The notes under the pieces were generated by a model. That model was not told where the DNA came from. It was given only the letters and a program-made list of their open reading frames with translations, and did no database searches. A program made the translations under genes and the position numbers. Positions 26,667 to 36,321 of a stretch of DNA of 64,000 bases are shown here, piece after piece. Positions within the stretch are counted from its first letter, which is position 1. The number at the start of each line of letters is the position of its first letter. Origin of the DNA: a virus; the IMG/VR virus record IMGVR_UViG_3300022839_000007, positions 1 through 64,000 of that record. One strand, 5' to 3'.

Positions 26667-27506
26667 TTATTTATTACGAGCTGCGTTTTCTTCGTCATTC
26701 CTTTTTAATGCAGCTTCCCATTCGCCTGCATGTTGTCGGGTGTAACTAGGATCAAGGTCATTCATTTCTAATATGTCGTCACGTATGTTTTGATTACGCT
26801 TTTCGAGATTAATAACTCTTACAAAACTGTTGGTTACTGTCTGTGTATAGTAAGCAAATGGATTTTGTCCTTTTGATTCGTCAAACTGCAAACCAACTTG
26901 TGATAATTGCAAAATTGCCTGACCTTTCATTTCATCGTTGTAAGTATATGCTCGAACATTGCCTCTTGTAGCATATCGTTCGCACAATTTCATCCACATC
27001 AGTGCTAGTTTTCTAGTAGCAGTGCCGTGATCTTTTGAAAAGTATCCATTTTCCATGCCTCCGACCCAATGACTCTTGCCAACACATACTAAAGCATCAT
27101 TTTCATTAAATTTCCAGTGTTGAAAAGGAGGAAAGTTTAATTTAGATTTAGTATCTGCTATTGTTTTTGGAGTTTTTTTGCGTCCAGGCTCATCAGGAAT
27201 ATGATCAAAAGATGATATTCTAAAAATTAAGTCAGATTTCTTAATAGTTTTATAGTCTACTTCGAACTCTGCAAGTTTGCCCTTTGACCCATTTAGTTTA
27301 GCAGTTTCGTATAATTCCGTCGATGACTTTTTTGAACGATTTCTCTTTGCTTCTGCAATGGTCCTTATATTGATACTAGCAATATCTGGTAAAATAATAT
27401 CGTAAATTGAATAGTTTGGATCTAAGAAACTACAAAATGTACTTTTTGATTTGTGTATTTCGGCTAACATGTCTTTGTTGTTTAAATAATTTATTCTTTT
27501 GGCCAT
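26667..27506 (-). CDS. gp55: Late-transcription sigma factor
   Basis: NYLNNKDML, YTYNDEM and FDESKGQNPFAYYTQ motifs; T4-like synteny with gp47/gp46. Confidence 0.9.
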   Translation of the reverse strand: MAKRINYLNNKDMLAEIHKSKSTFCSFLDPNYSIYDIILPDIASINIRTIAEAKRNRSKKSSTELYETAKLNGSKGKLAEFEVDYKTIKKSDLIFRISSFDHIPDEPGRKKTPKTIADTKSKLNFPPFQHWKFNENDALVCVGKSHWVGGMENGYFSKDHGTATRKLALMWMKLCERYATRGNVRAYTYNDEMKGQAILQLSQVGLQFDESKGQNPFAYYTQTVTNSFVRVINLEKRNQNIRDDILEMNDLDPSYTRQHAGEWEAALKRNDEENAARNK

Positions 27507-27532
27507 TATCTCTCCTAGAGTTATTAACTTAA

Positions 27533-27561
27533 ATTATAATATATGTATTTAATTTTGTCAA
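27533..27561 (-). promoter_or_regulatory. Consensus sigma70 promoter of gp55
   Basis: TTGACA(27556-61)-17 bp-TATAAT(27533-38) on minus. Confidence 0.85.
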
Positions 27562-27562
27562 C

Positions 27563-27568
27563 TAAATA
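27563..27568 (+). promoter_or_regulatory. Late promoter of the baseplate operon
   Basis: TAAATA 17 bp upstream of the ATG at 27586. The same motif precedes plus-strand genes at 31291, 35821, 36299, 53577, 58082 and 59574. Confidence 0.65.
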
Positions 27569-27585
27569 CTGTTGGAGAACAAAAA

Positions 27586-28458
27586 ATGGTAGCAAGTATA
27601 AACAAGTTTCTAAACACAGTTAGTAGCACAGCGTCCACTGCATCAAACATAATTAGAGCAGGACAAGGATTTGCTAATGCATTAGGAGGGTTAGGTAGTG
27701 CATTAGGCATTTCTTCTCTAACACGGTTAGGCAACTTGCCTGCTGGTGCAGAAGAAAATTACGAAAGTTATACTCCTATTGCTTGGAATAACGGAGCAGA
27801 GTCTTCGGGACAAGATTGGCGGGTTCGTTTGCATTTACCAACTAGTATTGCTAGTTTTGCAAGGTCTCCAATTTTGCAACCGTTGTACGATTCTAGTAAT
27901 AGTATGATATTTCCTACTACTCCTACAGTTATGGTTTCGCATAGTGCAAATTACAACTCAATGTCGCCGACTCACAGTAACTACGCTCATCCAATTTATC
28001 AAAATAGCACAGTTGACGATATGAACATTACTTGTGATTTTCCAGTAGAAAATGAAGCCGATGGCAGATACTGGATTGCAACAGTGCATTTTTTAAGAAG
28101 TGTTACTAAAATGTTTTACGGTAATAGTAGTAATTTAGGTGCACCGCCGCCGCTAGTTCATCTTAGTGGATATGGAGACTTTGTGTTTAACAGGGTTCCG
28201 TGTGTAATTAAAATGTTTACTCTAGAATTACCCGAAAAGGTCGATTATATCCAAGTCCCTATTTCGGTGTCTGCAGAATTAGCACAAACTCCAGAGCTTG
28301 CAAGAATCAACGTGCCAGGAGGCTTTAGTTATGTTCCTACATTAAGCAGATTAACTATTAGCTTATCGCCTGCATACAGCAGAGATACTACACGTCGATT
28401 TAGTCTTGATACTTATGTACAGGGCGGATATATTGGTAAAGGACAGGGAATAATATAA
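27586..28458 (+). CDS. Baseplate tail-tube initiator/cap-like protein (gp48/gp54-like)
   Basis: DWRVRL, IFPTTPTV, FLRSVTKMFYG and GAPPPLVHLSGYG; first gene of the baseplate operon. Confidence 0.65.
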   Translation: MVASINKFLNTVSSTASTASNIIRAGQGFANALGGLGSALGISSLTRLGNLPAGAEENYESYTPIAWNNGAESSGQDWRVRLHLPTSIASFARSPILQPLYDSSNSMIFPTTPTVMVSHSANYNSMSPTHSNYAHPIYQNSTVDDMNITCDFPVENEADGRYWIATVHFLRSVTKMFYGNSSNLGAPPPLVHLSGYGDFVFNRVPCVIKMFTLELPEKVDYIQVPISVSAELAQTPELARINVPGGFSYVPTLSRLTISLSPAYSRDTTRRFSLDTYVQGGYIGKGQGII

Positions 28459-28760
28459 TGGCAAAATATGCAACTACAAGCCCGTGGTATGAAACAGAAT
28501 TCAATAATTCTCAATATTTAGACTTTATGCAAAAGCGATTTATTCCAGTTAATGCTGATGATATTTTATATGAAATAAAACCTCAATATACGTATCGCCC
28601 GGACTTGCTTGCATACGATTTATACAATAGTTCTAAGTTATGGTGGGTATTTGCAACAAGAAATATGGAAGTACTTAAAGATCCAATATTTGATTTTGTT
28701 GCTGGTAATATTATCTACTTACCTAAAAAATCTACATTAACTGCACTGATGGGAGTTTAG
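28458..28760 (+). CDS. gp53: Baseplate wedge protein with LysM-like domain
   Basis: RPDLLAYDLYNSSKLWWVF..N...DP motif. Confidence 0.8.
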   Translation: MAKYATTSPWYETEFNNSQYLDFMQKRFIPVNADDILYEIKPQYTYRPDLLAYDLYNSSKLWWVFATRNMEVLKDPIFDFVAGNIIYLPKKSTLTALMGV

Positions 28761-28761
28761 T

Positions 28762-31293
28762 TTGGCATTAGTAAAAAACGAATTGCACGACTTTGCAACA
28801 CACAATTATGTATGGACGTTGAGTGCATTATATCCTGGTGAAATAAATGATCCGCGATTGTACAAAGGAAAAACTGGTAAACTTCCAATTGCTAGCTCAG
28901 GAGGGTTAGGTAATAGAAAAACTATAACCACTGCCGCTGAGGATGCCAGAGGAGTTAATGTTGAGTTTTATATCGAAGATGTCAATATAACCACATCTAT
29001 TGGACCTTCGCCTACTCATCCAGTAAACGACACGGCTGTCTTTGAATTTACTGTACAGGAGCCGTATAGTATGGGACTGTTTATGCAAAGTATTGCAGTT
29101 GCAGCTAGTAAAGCAGGGTTTGGACAATATTATACTCGAGCACCTTTTCTGCTATCAGTAAGCTTCAAAGGACAATTACAGGACGGAACATATCATACAA
29201 CGTCTATAAACAATTGGGTTATTGAAATTGGCGCAATTTCAATGAGATTAAATTCTTCTGGATCATATTATACATGTACTGCTACTTCGTGGAGTCATGC
29301 GTTATTTCGAGATAGTGTAGAAACTGTTAAACAAGAAGTTCGTATAGAAGGAGCAACAGTAGGCGAGATGTTAAGCTTCGGTCCGAGAAGTTTGGCTACT
29401 TTATTAAATTCAGACGAAACTCGAGAAGCAGCTAGAGGAAACCGTTTGGTTCCAAATGTATATCAAATAGACTTTCCATTTCAGATTGGGGAAAACGTTG
29501 ACTCCCAGGGGGAATTTAGCGGTGCTTTGGGGAAAATTCAAGGAGCGTTAAGTAAAGTTAATGAGGTTACTAGCTCATTTAACACAGCTAGCACAGCACT
29601 AGGAAACTTCGGAAAAGCACTTAGTAACATCGGAAATCCTTCAATAACCACTATTGATAAAAACGGTATCAAAGGACGCGGATTTAATGCATCGGAAGGC
29701 CCAGAGTCTACAAGGCCGTTAGCAGTAAACAACACAATAACACAGTTTAGCGAAACTATTAATTCATTTGCACAAAGTATTAGTGTAAGCGGAATTAACC
29801 AGATAGGAAACGAAATATCACAATCGTTAATTGCAGAAAGTTTTGTTGAGTTTGGCGATATTGCATTTGGTGACGAAGACATTATATGGGACAAGGAAAA
29901 GAAAATTCTTACTCGCGGAAATATGACCATGCAAGTAGACAATGCTAATTCTCGTGTATTTGTGTTTAGCGCCGGAACAAAGATTACAGAAATTATTGAA
30001 ACAGTAATATATATGAGTAAATGGGGACAAAATTTTATTCAACAAAAGGCCACTAATGAAGGATTTTATCGAGGATTTAAGATACATCCTCGTAACTTTA
30101 TATTATCTACACAAGAATTAAAAAGAACAGGAAAATTAGCAAGCAGAAATGTATACGAAGTTCATACATACTTTGTGCATAGTTCTACCTTCAGTATGCC
30201 AACTTCTACAAATAATTACGAAGCTAATGTAGCTGATTGTGTAAAAGCATACAACTATATGTACACCGGATTAAATCGAGATGTATTAGATTTTGAACTT
30301 AACCTTGAAACTGCATACACTATGATGGTTCCGGCTGATTACGGGCAACGGGGATTACATGATCTTAGCGTGTACGGCGGAGCAGTCTCTGCTCCGAGAT
30401 CTGTTACAGGGCTTGGTAATTCATTAACAGATTTTGAAAATTCTTTAAATTCAGTTAAGGGTACGCTAACTGAATTAATTGACATTTACCGAATTGCAGG
30501 CGGAACTTTTAATGAAAATAGTAAAACACGAACTGCATTTGCATTTAGGCAAGCGTTGTTATCAAATGCGTCGTCTCTCGAAACAGTTAGTCTTTCTATC
30601 ATTGGGGATCCTTATTATTTTAATGAAAGTGATGCCGGCAACTATGTTGCAAAAGCATTTAATCCTAATATAAATAGTGATCTCAAAGCAGACTTTACTC
30701 GAGGAGAATTGTATGTTCTATTTAGGTTTAACTCTCCTGTTGACTACAAAAATTCTGATAACTTATTATTACCCGATCCAGCTGACGCAATAACCGGTAT
30801 ATACCGAGTTAATGTAGTAGATAGTGTATTTTCAAATGGTAAATTTACACAAAATCTTACAATGCAACGTGCTCCTCGGCAGGATCTTAGTACAGTGTCT
30901 AGCATTAAAAGAATAGTTGACAACTTTTTTAACGTATTAGGCGCAGTTGGTGTATTTTCTCAAGCAGTGGGTGCAAATCAAGTGTCAAAGAATATAGAAA
31001 ACTTTATGTCTGAAGTAGGTCCGGTAGCAAATTCCATATTAGGAATTGTTGCTATTGGTGAAAATATAAGTACACTGATAGACCAAAATCCAGAAGAAAT
31101 TCTCGAAGGACTTAAAAACTTACAATCTGTATTTGGACAAGTTGGTGCATTAGGACAGCAAATTGGTCAACTAAGAGAAAGAGTAGCGCAAATAGATAAT
31201 AATACGTCAACTCCTACTAACTCAATTCGACCTATTCAATCTAGTATAAGAACCCCGTCCTCTCGTTCTTCATCTAGATTTGGACCTCAATAA
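28762..31293 (+). CDS. Baseplate hub protein (gp27-like)
   Basis: Lies between gp53 and gp5; C-terminal LSIIGDPY and GIYRV...FSNGKFTQNL motifs. Confidence 0.6.
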   Translation: MALVKNELHDFATHNYVWTLSALYPGEINDPRLYKGKTGKLPIASSGGLGNRKTITTAAEDARGVNVEFYIEDVNITTSIGPSPTHPVNDTAVFEFTVQEPYSMGLFMQSIAVAASKAGFGQYYTRAPFLLSVSFKGQLQDGTYHTTSINNWVIEIGAISMRLNSSGSYYTCTATSWSHALFRDSVETVKQEVRIEGATVGEMLSFGPRSLATLLNSDETREAARGNRLVPNVYQIDFPFQIGENVDSQGEFSGALGKIQGALSKVNEVTSSFNTASTALGNFGKALSNIGNPSITTIDKNGIKGRGFNASEGPESTRPLAVNNTITQFSETINSFAQSISVSGINQIGNEISQSLIAESFVEFGDIAFGDEDIIWDKEKKILTRGNMTMQVDNANSRVFVFSAGTKITEIIETVIYMSKWGQNFIQQKATNEGFYRGFKIHPRNFILSTQELKRTGKLASRNVYEVHTYFVHSSTFSMPTSTNNYEANVADCVKAYNYMYTGLNRDVLDFELNLETAYTMMVPADYGQRGLHDLSVYGGAVSAPRSVTGLGNSLTDFENSLNSVKGTLTELIDIYRIAGGTFNENSKTRTAFAFRQALLSNASSLETVSLSIIGDPYYFNESDAGNYVAKAFNPNINSDLKADFTRGELYVLFRFNSPVDYKNSDNLLLPDPADAITGIYRVNVVDSVFSNGKFTQNLTMQRAPRQDLSTVSSIKRIVDNFFNVLGAVGVFSQAVGANQVSKNIENFMSEVGPVANSILGIVAIGENISTLIDQNPEEILEGLKNLQSVFGQVGALGQQIGQLRERVAQIDNNTSTPTNSIRPIQSSIRTPSSRSSSRFGPQ

Positions 31294-31307
31294 ATAAGGA
31301 TTAATAA

Positions 31308-34300
31308 ATGGTAAAAAATATAGCAGGGTTGTACGGACGTGACGGCAGAACGCGCGGCGATATTGATAATCGAAGTAATCCTGGACCGTATATTGCCACA
31401 GTTGTTTCGCACCTTGATAGTAAGTTTATGGGTTCGTTAAAAGTACGGTTGAATAAAACAATGGCAGCCAACAGCGACGTTGATGATGGTCAAAGTTTAA
31501 TTACAGCATTTTATGCAAGTCCTTTTTACGGAGTAACTAATTATAGCGCGTTAGGACCCAACGACGACTACAGAGAAACTCAACAAAGTTATGGTTTTTG
31601 GGCAATTCCTCCAGATCCAGGAACTCGTGTATTAGTTATGTTTGTTGAAGGGCGTGCAGATATTTGTTTTTGGATTGCATGTATACCGGACGATTACATG
31701 AACTTTATGATTCCAGACGGTCGTCCTGCTACTACACTAGTAACTCCTGGAAAAACTGGATCGGACCAAACTGGAAGAAAATCACCAGTAGGCGAGTATA
31801 ATAAAATTATAACAGATCCAGGAGGAAATCCTGCTCCTACAACCTATCTTAAACCAATTAACAATGACTTTGCAGAAAGACTGACTGAATCGGGGTTGTT
31901 AACTGACGACACTAGAGGGTTAACAACTAGTAGTGCAAGACGCGAAGCACCAAGTGCAGTGTTTGGAATTAATACTCCTGGTCCGCTCGACAAGCGAGAC
32001 GGAGCCCGCCGTATCAGAGCAGGCACCGCCGAACATAATATGGATATCTTTAGTCATCGATTAGGCGGTCATAGCATTGTTATGGACGACGGCGATGCAA
32101 ACATTTTGCGAAGAGGATCGGCTAGAAATTCGCCATCGGAATATTTGGACGTTGAAAATACCAATGAGGACGCAAATGACGAAATGCGAACATTGCCTGC
32201 AAACGAATTATTTAGAATTCGTACAAGAACTGGACATCAAATTTTATTGCACAATACCGAAGACTTAATTTACATCAGTAATAGTCGTGGTACTGCATGG
32301 ATTGAATTAACATCAAATGGTAAAATTGACATATATGCACAAGACAGTATTAGTATGCATACCGAAAACGACTTTAACGTTACTGCTGACGGAAATATTA
32401 ATTTAACAGCAGGAAAGGGAGTTAATATTAATGCTACTGATTCGATTAAACAAAGTGCAGGAAAAAATTTAGACTTACTTGCAGTAGGGTACTTTGCAGC
32501 CAATGCCGCAGAGACTATGAGTTTTCAATCCGGCGAGTTTATTGCGGCAAGTGCAGGTACATCTATTAACATGGTTAGCGCTGGCGGGTCGACAAATATA
32601 CTTTCTTCAGAATCAATTAATATTAATTCTGGAACAGAAACTTCAATTAAATCCGGTACTGCATTTTATGCAGATGCAACTACAAATATAAACCTGAATG
32701 CAGCAGTTACTTTTAATGCGTATGGAGCATACGGGAATATACTAATAGACGGCAGTTTAAAAATTACAGCTAGTGGAGAATTTGATTTAAATTCGTCAGC
32801 GCCGTTGAGAATTGTTGCTACTAATTTAGATATAAAATCCAACGGAATATTAAAACTTCAAGCAAATACCATAAATGAATTATCAACTGGCGAAATATTT
32901 AGAACAGCAACTACTATAAACGACTTATCATCTTCCAAGCATATTCTTGGCTCTACTATAGTATACATAGATTCGGTGTTAAACGTAAAGGAAAACATTA
33001 TTACACCAAAAACTGTAAAAGCGTCGTTTGCAGGACCCGGTCCTTATACTGGCAGTGCTCCTCCGGTTGCTGCCGGTGCCGGATTTGCAATACAAGCAGA
33101 AGCATTTGGAAGCGTGGGAGAATTTGTAACCGCCGATCCAGTAGCACCGTCTCCGGCAGTAGTAGCCGTACGTGTTCCGCAACACGAACCGTGGTTGCAA
33201 CATGAAAATCTCGATCCTGTTGCATATAGTAGAGATGCAGGAGGGTCTGCTGGAGATACGTATGTAGAATCAACTCCTGACCCGTTTTCTCAATATTCAA
33301 TTAGTACAAGTAATAATCCTGGGTTTGAAAATCTTAGAGACGGTAGAAACTCGTTAGATTCTGCCGGCGAAGACGAAGTCGAAGAAAATACAAATGCACA
33401 GTTCAATGATGGTGATCCAATTCCTACTGGATCTTACACCAAAGAAGCAATTCAGGTAATTGACTTCTTTATAGGTAAAGGATACACCATTGCACAAGCT
33501 TGTGGATTTGCAGGAGCAATTCAACAAGAAAGCGGAGTTACAATAGAACCCGGTGCATGGAACAATACTGCCGGAGGAGTAGGTGCTCGAGGTATAGTTC
33601 AGTGGCGCGGTGCTGCCGGTAGGCTACTAACTGTTGAACGGTTTCTCGGAAAACCAATCTTAATTCAGCCAGAAATGAATGTTAATACGCCAGGGTATGC
33701 CGGGCTCAAAACAGCCCGATTACCAACGTCAATTTCAAGAAAGAACGGATTTACAGTTGGTTCTGCAAATGCATCTAGAGAAGAGCAGCTATCAGCAGTA
33801 TGGCAGGAAATACAAAAAGATGACCCACAGACAGCAAGAAATCGTGATCAATTTTTAGTAGATACCGGAAACGGAGTAAACGATGCTCGACAAGTTGCCA
33901 GGTTATTTGATGATATCTATTTAAGATCTCAAGGTGCTGGAATTGGATTCCGTCAAGACTATGCTGAAATTTTGTATAGAAACTACATCGGATCTGCAAC
34001 TCCGTATATTCCGGGCACTGACCAAACTCCTGAATCAAGTATTCCTGCAGATACATTAGCTGCTCCTGCAATTAATTCCAAAGGCGGCGTCCTTAACGTA
34101 ATTCATAATCAATATGCCGGAGCAGTTAGAAGTCTTGATGTCAAAGAAGATTGGAGATTAATGATAAATCGTGCTGCAAGAGACTCAGGAGTGTCTAGAG
34201 TAGATTTAATATCGGCACGACAACCAGAATATCGACAAATCCCACCTGGGTTCATTGATTATAGTCGCTGGTTTTCTAATCCACGAAAAAAATCTCCAGG

Positions 34301-34634
34301 AAAGCGTATTGGATCCGAACGGCACGACACCGGCTTAGCAGGCGACATTGATCTTTATGTAAATAATGGAAGCAACCATGTTATTGTAAGTAGCAACACC
34401 CTTGAAGGTAAACGTATCATGAATCGTTTTTGTGTTGCAGCAGTAAGGTACGGAGCAAGAGGGTTTGGTCATTCTGATAGATATATGGGGCTTACTCGTA
34501 TTCATATCGATATGCTTGGGCAACTAGTAAAAGGAGTTGGATGGAATAGATCACAAATAGGACATTGGAGCGGAACACAGCCATGGTTTTATCAACCGTT
34601 AATAACTACACTAAATGGGTTGTTGAGTAGTTAA
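31308..34634 (+). CDS. gp5: Baseplate central spike with tail lysozyme and M15-type peptidase domains
   Basis: N-terminal OB-fold region (PPDPGTRVLVMF, RIRTRTGHQILL) and beta-helix repeats. GAIQQESG..GIVQW resembles phage tail lysozyme; HDTGLAGD..IHID resembles a LAS/M15 peptidase. Confidence 0.8.
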   Translation: MVKNIAGLYGRDGRTRGDIDNRSNPGPYIATVVSHLDSKFMGSLKVRLNKTMAANSDVDDGQSLITAFYASPFYGVTNYSALGPNDDYRETQQSYGFWAIPPDPGTRVLVMFVEGRADICFWIACIPDDYMNFMIPDGRPATTLVTPGKTGSDQTGRKSPVGEYNKIITDPGGNPAPTTYLKPINNDFAERLTESGLLTDDTRGLTTSSARREAPSAVFGINTPGPLDKRDGARRIRAGTAEHNMDIFSHRLGGHSIVMDDGDANILRRGSARNSPSEYLDVENTNEDANDEMRTLPANELFRIRTRTGHQILLHNTEDLIYISNSRGTAWIELTSNGKIDIYAQDSISMHTENDFNVTADGNINLTAGKGVNINATDSIKQSAGKNLDLLAVGYFAANAAETMSFQSGEFIAASAGTSINMVSAGGSTNILSSESININSGTETSIKSGTAFYADATTNINLNAAVTFNAYGAYGNILIDGSLKITASGEFDLNSSAPLRIVATNLDIKSNGILKLQANTINELSTGEIFRTATTINDLSSSKHILGSTIVYIDSVLNVKENIITPKTVKASFAGPGPYTGSAPPVAAGAGFAIQAEAFGSVGEFVTADPVAPSPAVVAVRVPQHEPWLQHENLDPVAYSRDAGGSAGDTYVESTPDPFSQYSISTSNNPGFENLRDGRNSLDSAGEDEVEENTNAQFNDGDPIPTGSYTKEAIQVIDFFIGKGYTIAQACGFAGAIQQESGVTIEPGAWNNTAGGVGARGIVQWRGAAGRLLTVERFLGKPILIQPEMNVNTPGYAGLKTARLPTSISRKNGFTVGSANASREEQLSAVWQEIQKDDPQTARNRDQFLVDTGNGVNDARQVARLFDDIYLRSQGAGIGFRQDYAEILYRNYIGSATPYIPGTDQTPESSIPADTLAAPAINSKGGVLNVIHNQYAGAVRSLDVKEDWRLMINRAARDSGVSRVDLISARQPEYRQIPPGFIDYSRWFSNPRKKSPGKRIGSERHDTGLAGDIDLYVNNGSNHVIVSSNTLEGKRIMNRFCVAAVRYGARGFGHSDRYMGLTRIHIDMLGQLVKGVGWNRSQIGHWSGTQPWFYQPLITTLNGLLSS

Positions 34635-34636
34635 TT

Positions 34637-35815
34637 ATGACAGCCGATAGCACATTAGCAGATAGCACACTAGCAGATAGTTCAATACAACCTGCTACTC
34701 CTTTTATTTCCGGCGTAAGCAACAGCTTCCAACGTATAGTTACTGCCGCGGTTGCAGTTAGTGAAATTGCACAATTGTTTACAGATGTCTTTCCGCAACC
34801 GTCTATTTCAAATAATTTTATTGTTCCGGACTTGGCAGGGAATGGAGATTTAGGGTACGGTATTGCCAATAGCGGAGGAGGACTACGAAATACCCCTAGT
34901 TTAATTCGCGTTGGAACCAATACCACTCCGGATATGGATATAACATCAGGAAATATCTCTATTGGTTACAACTCAGTTGAATCAATGGTTAATAAAAGTT
35001 TATCAATGGATTGGCAAACAAAGAATGCCGATCCAGGAAACACTAACATTGTAGAAGCATACAAACTAAGTGGAAGAGATTATACAAAGGATGGCAGGAC
35101 AGGGGAATACAGTTGGGCAACAGCATATGTTAACTGGGTACTAAACAAAGCAGGAGTGCCCTACTTAGAAACTATGAGCCCTAGGGGATATGAAAAATAC
35201 GGTGCACCTGTAAACTTTAGAACAATGAAGGAAGTTAGAAAAAACGACATTTTTATTTTTAGAAGCAACGAAGGAATTAGCCATATAGGGTTTGTACAAA
35301 TGTATGATCTCAATACACAAACATTGGATATAGTCGGCGGTAATCAATCCGGAACAGTAAAGAGCACAAAGATGCCCTTTAGTGTATCGGATCCGAGATT
35401 TTATGTAGTACACGTTAGACGAAATTGGACTATACCTGCAACCGCAAATAACCCGTTATGGGAGAATAATATAGATAATAATGTTACAGGAGCACCGTTG
35501 CCTCCGGTAGATGTTTCGTATATTGATTCCCCTGATGTTTTAATAGTAACCGGTGATATAGACACCGACACTATTATTAGTAATAATATTCGAGCAATTG
35601 ACCGTGCAAGGATATCGCCTACTACCCTACAATCTACTATACAGGAAAATATGAGAACATTTGCACCAGAGGCAATTGTAGGAGAAATTGCCTCTGCTTA
35701 TCAAAGTGATATATTAAAGTCGGTAAATTCTAATAATTACCCAATGGCAGGTGAACCGTTAAATCAGCAGGATATATCAATTTTGTCCGGACCACGCCGT
35801 ACTAGCAATAAGTGA
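34637..35815 (+). CDS. CHAP/NlpC-P60-like (TIGR02594-type) protein lacking the catalytic Cys
   Basis: SWATAYVNWVL, SHIGFV and VGGNQS motifs. Confidence 0.65.
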   Translation: MTADSTLADSTLADSSIQPATPFISGVSNSFQRIVTAAVAVSEIAQLFTDVFPQPSISNNFIVPDLAGNGDLGYGIANSGGGLRNTPSLIRVGTNTTPDMDITSGNISIGYNSVESMVNKSLSMDWQTKNADPGNTNIVEAYKLSGRDYTKDGRTGEYSWATAYVNWVLNKAGVPYLETMSPRGYEKYGAPVNFRTMKEVRKNDIFIFRSNEGISHIGFVQMYDLNTQTLDIVGGNQSGTVKSTKMPFSVSDPRFYVVHVRRNWTIPATANNPLWENNIDNNVTGAPLPPVDVSYIDSPDVLIVTGDIDTDTIISNNIRAIDRARISPTTLQSTIQENMRTFAPEAIVGEIASAYQSDILKSVNSNNYPMAGEPLNQQDISILSGPRRTSNK

Positions 35816-35830
35816 TAAGATAAATATGTT

Positions 35831-36277
35831 ATGAGTAGCTTAGAAAAAAACCTGTACAAAAATTTAAAATTACAATCTCCTAAAAGAGATGCTCCTTTAG
35901 TAACACAGGGTACTTACAGGGGAATCAGCACAGTTGATCCTAACCGAAAACAATTCAAACTATATGATCTTGATCTTATCAAACAAGACATCGTAAATCA
36001 TTTTCATATACGGCTTGGTGAAAAATTAGAAAATCCAGGATTTGGTACAATTATATGGGACGTGCTGTACGATCCGCTCACTGATAATTTAAAAGATGTA
36101 ATTGTTCAAAATGTAACACAAATTATTACTACTCATGAACGACGTGTAAAAGTTAACAATGTAACAGTTAGTAGTTATGAAAGCGGTATACAAATAGAGT
36201 GTGATCTTACGTATCTAGAATATAGTATTAGCGAAAATTTAAAATTTAGCTTTGACCAAAAGAACGGATTAATTTAA
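35831..36277 (+). CDS. gp25: Baseplate wedge subunit
   Basis: LIKQDIVNHFHIRLGEKLENPGFGT..YDPL..ERRV motif. Confidence 0.9.
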   Translation: MSSLEKNLYKNLKLQSPKRDAPLVTQGTYRGISTVDPNRKQFKLYDLDLIKQDIVNHFHIRLGEKLENPGFGTIIWDVLYDPLTDNLKDVIVQNVTQIITTHERRVKVNNVTVSSYESGIQIECDLTYLEYSISENLKFSFDQKNGLI

Positions 36278-36321
36278 CCACGCACTTTATAGATGTCATA
36301 AATATATGATAAACTAAGGAA

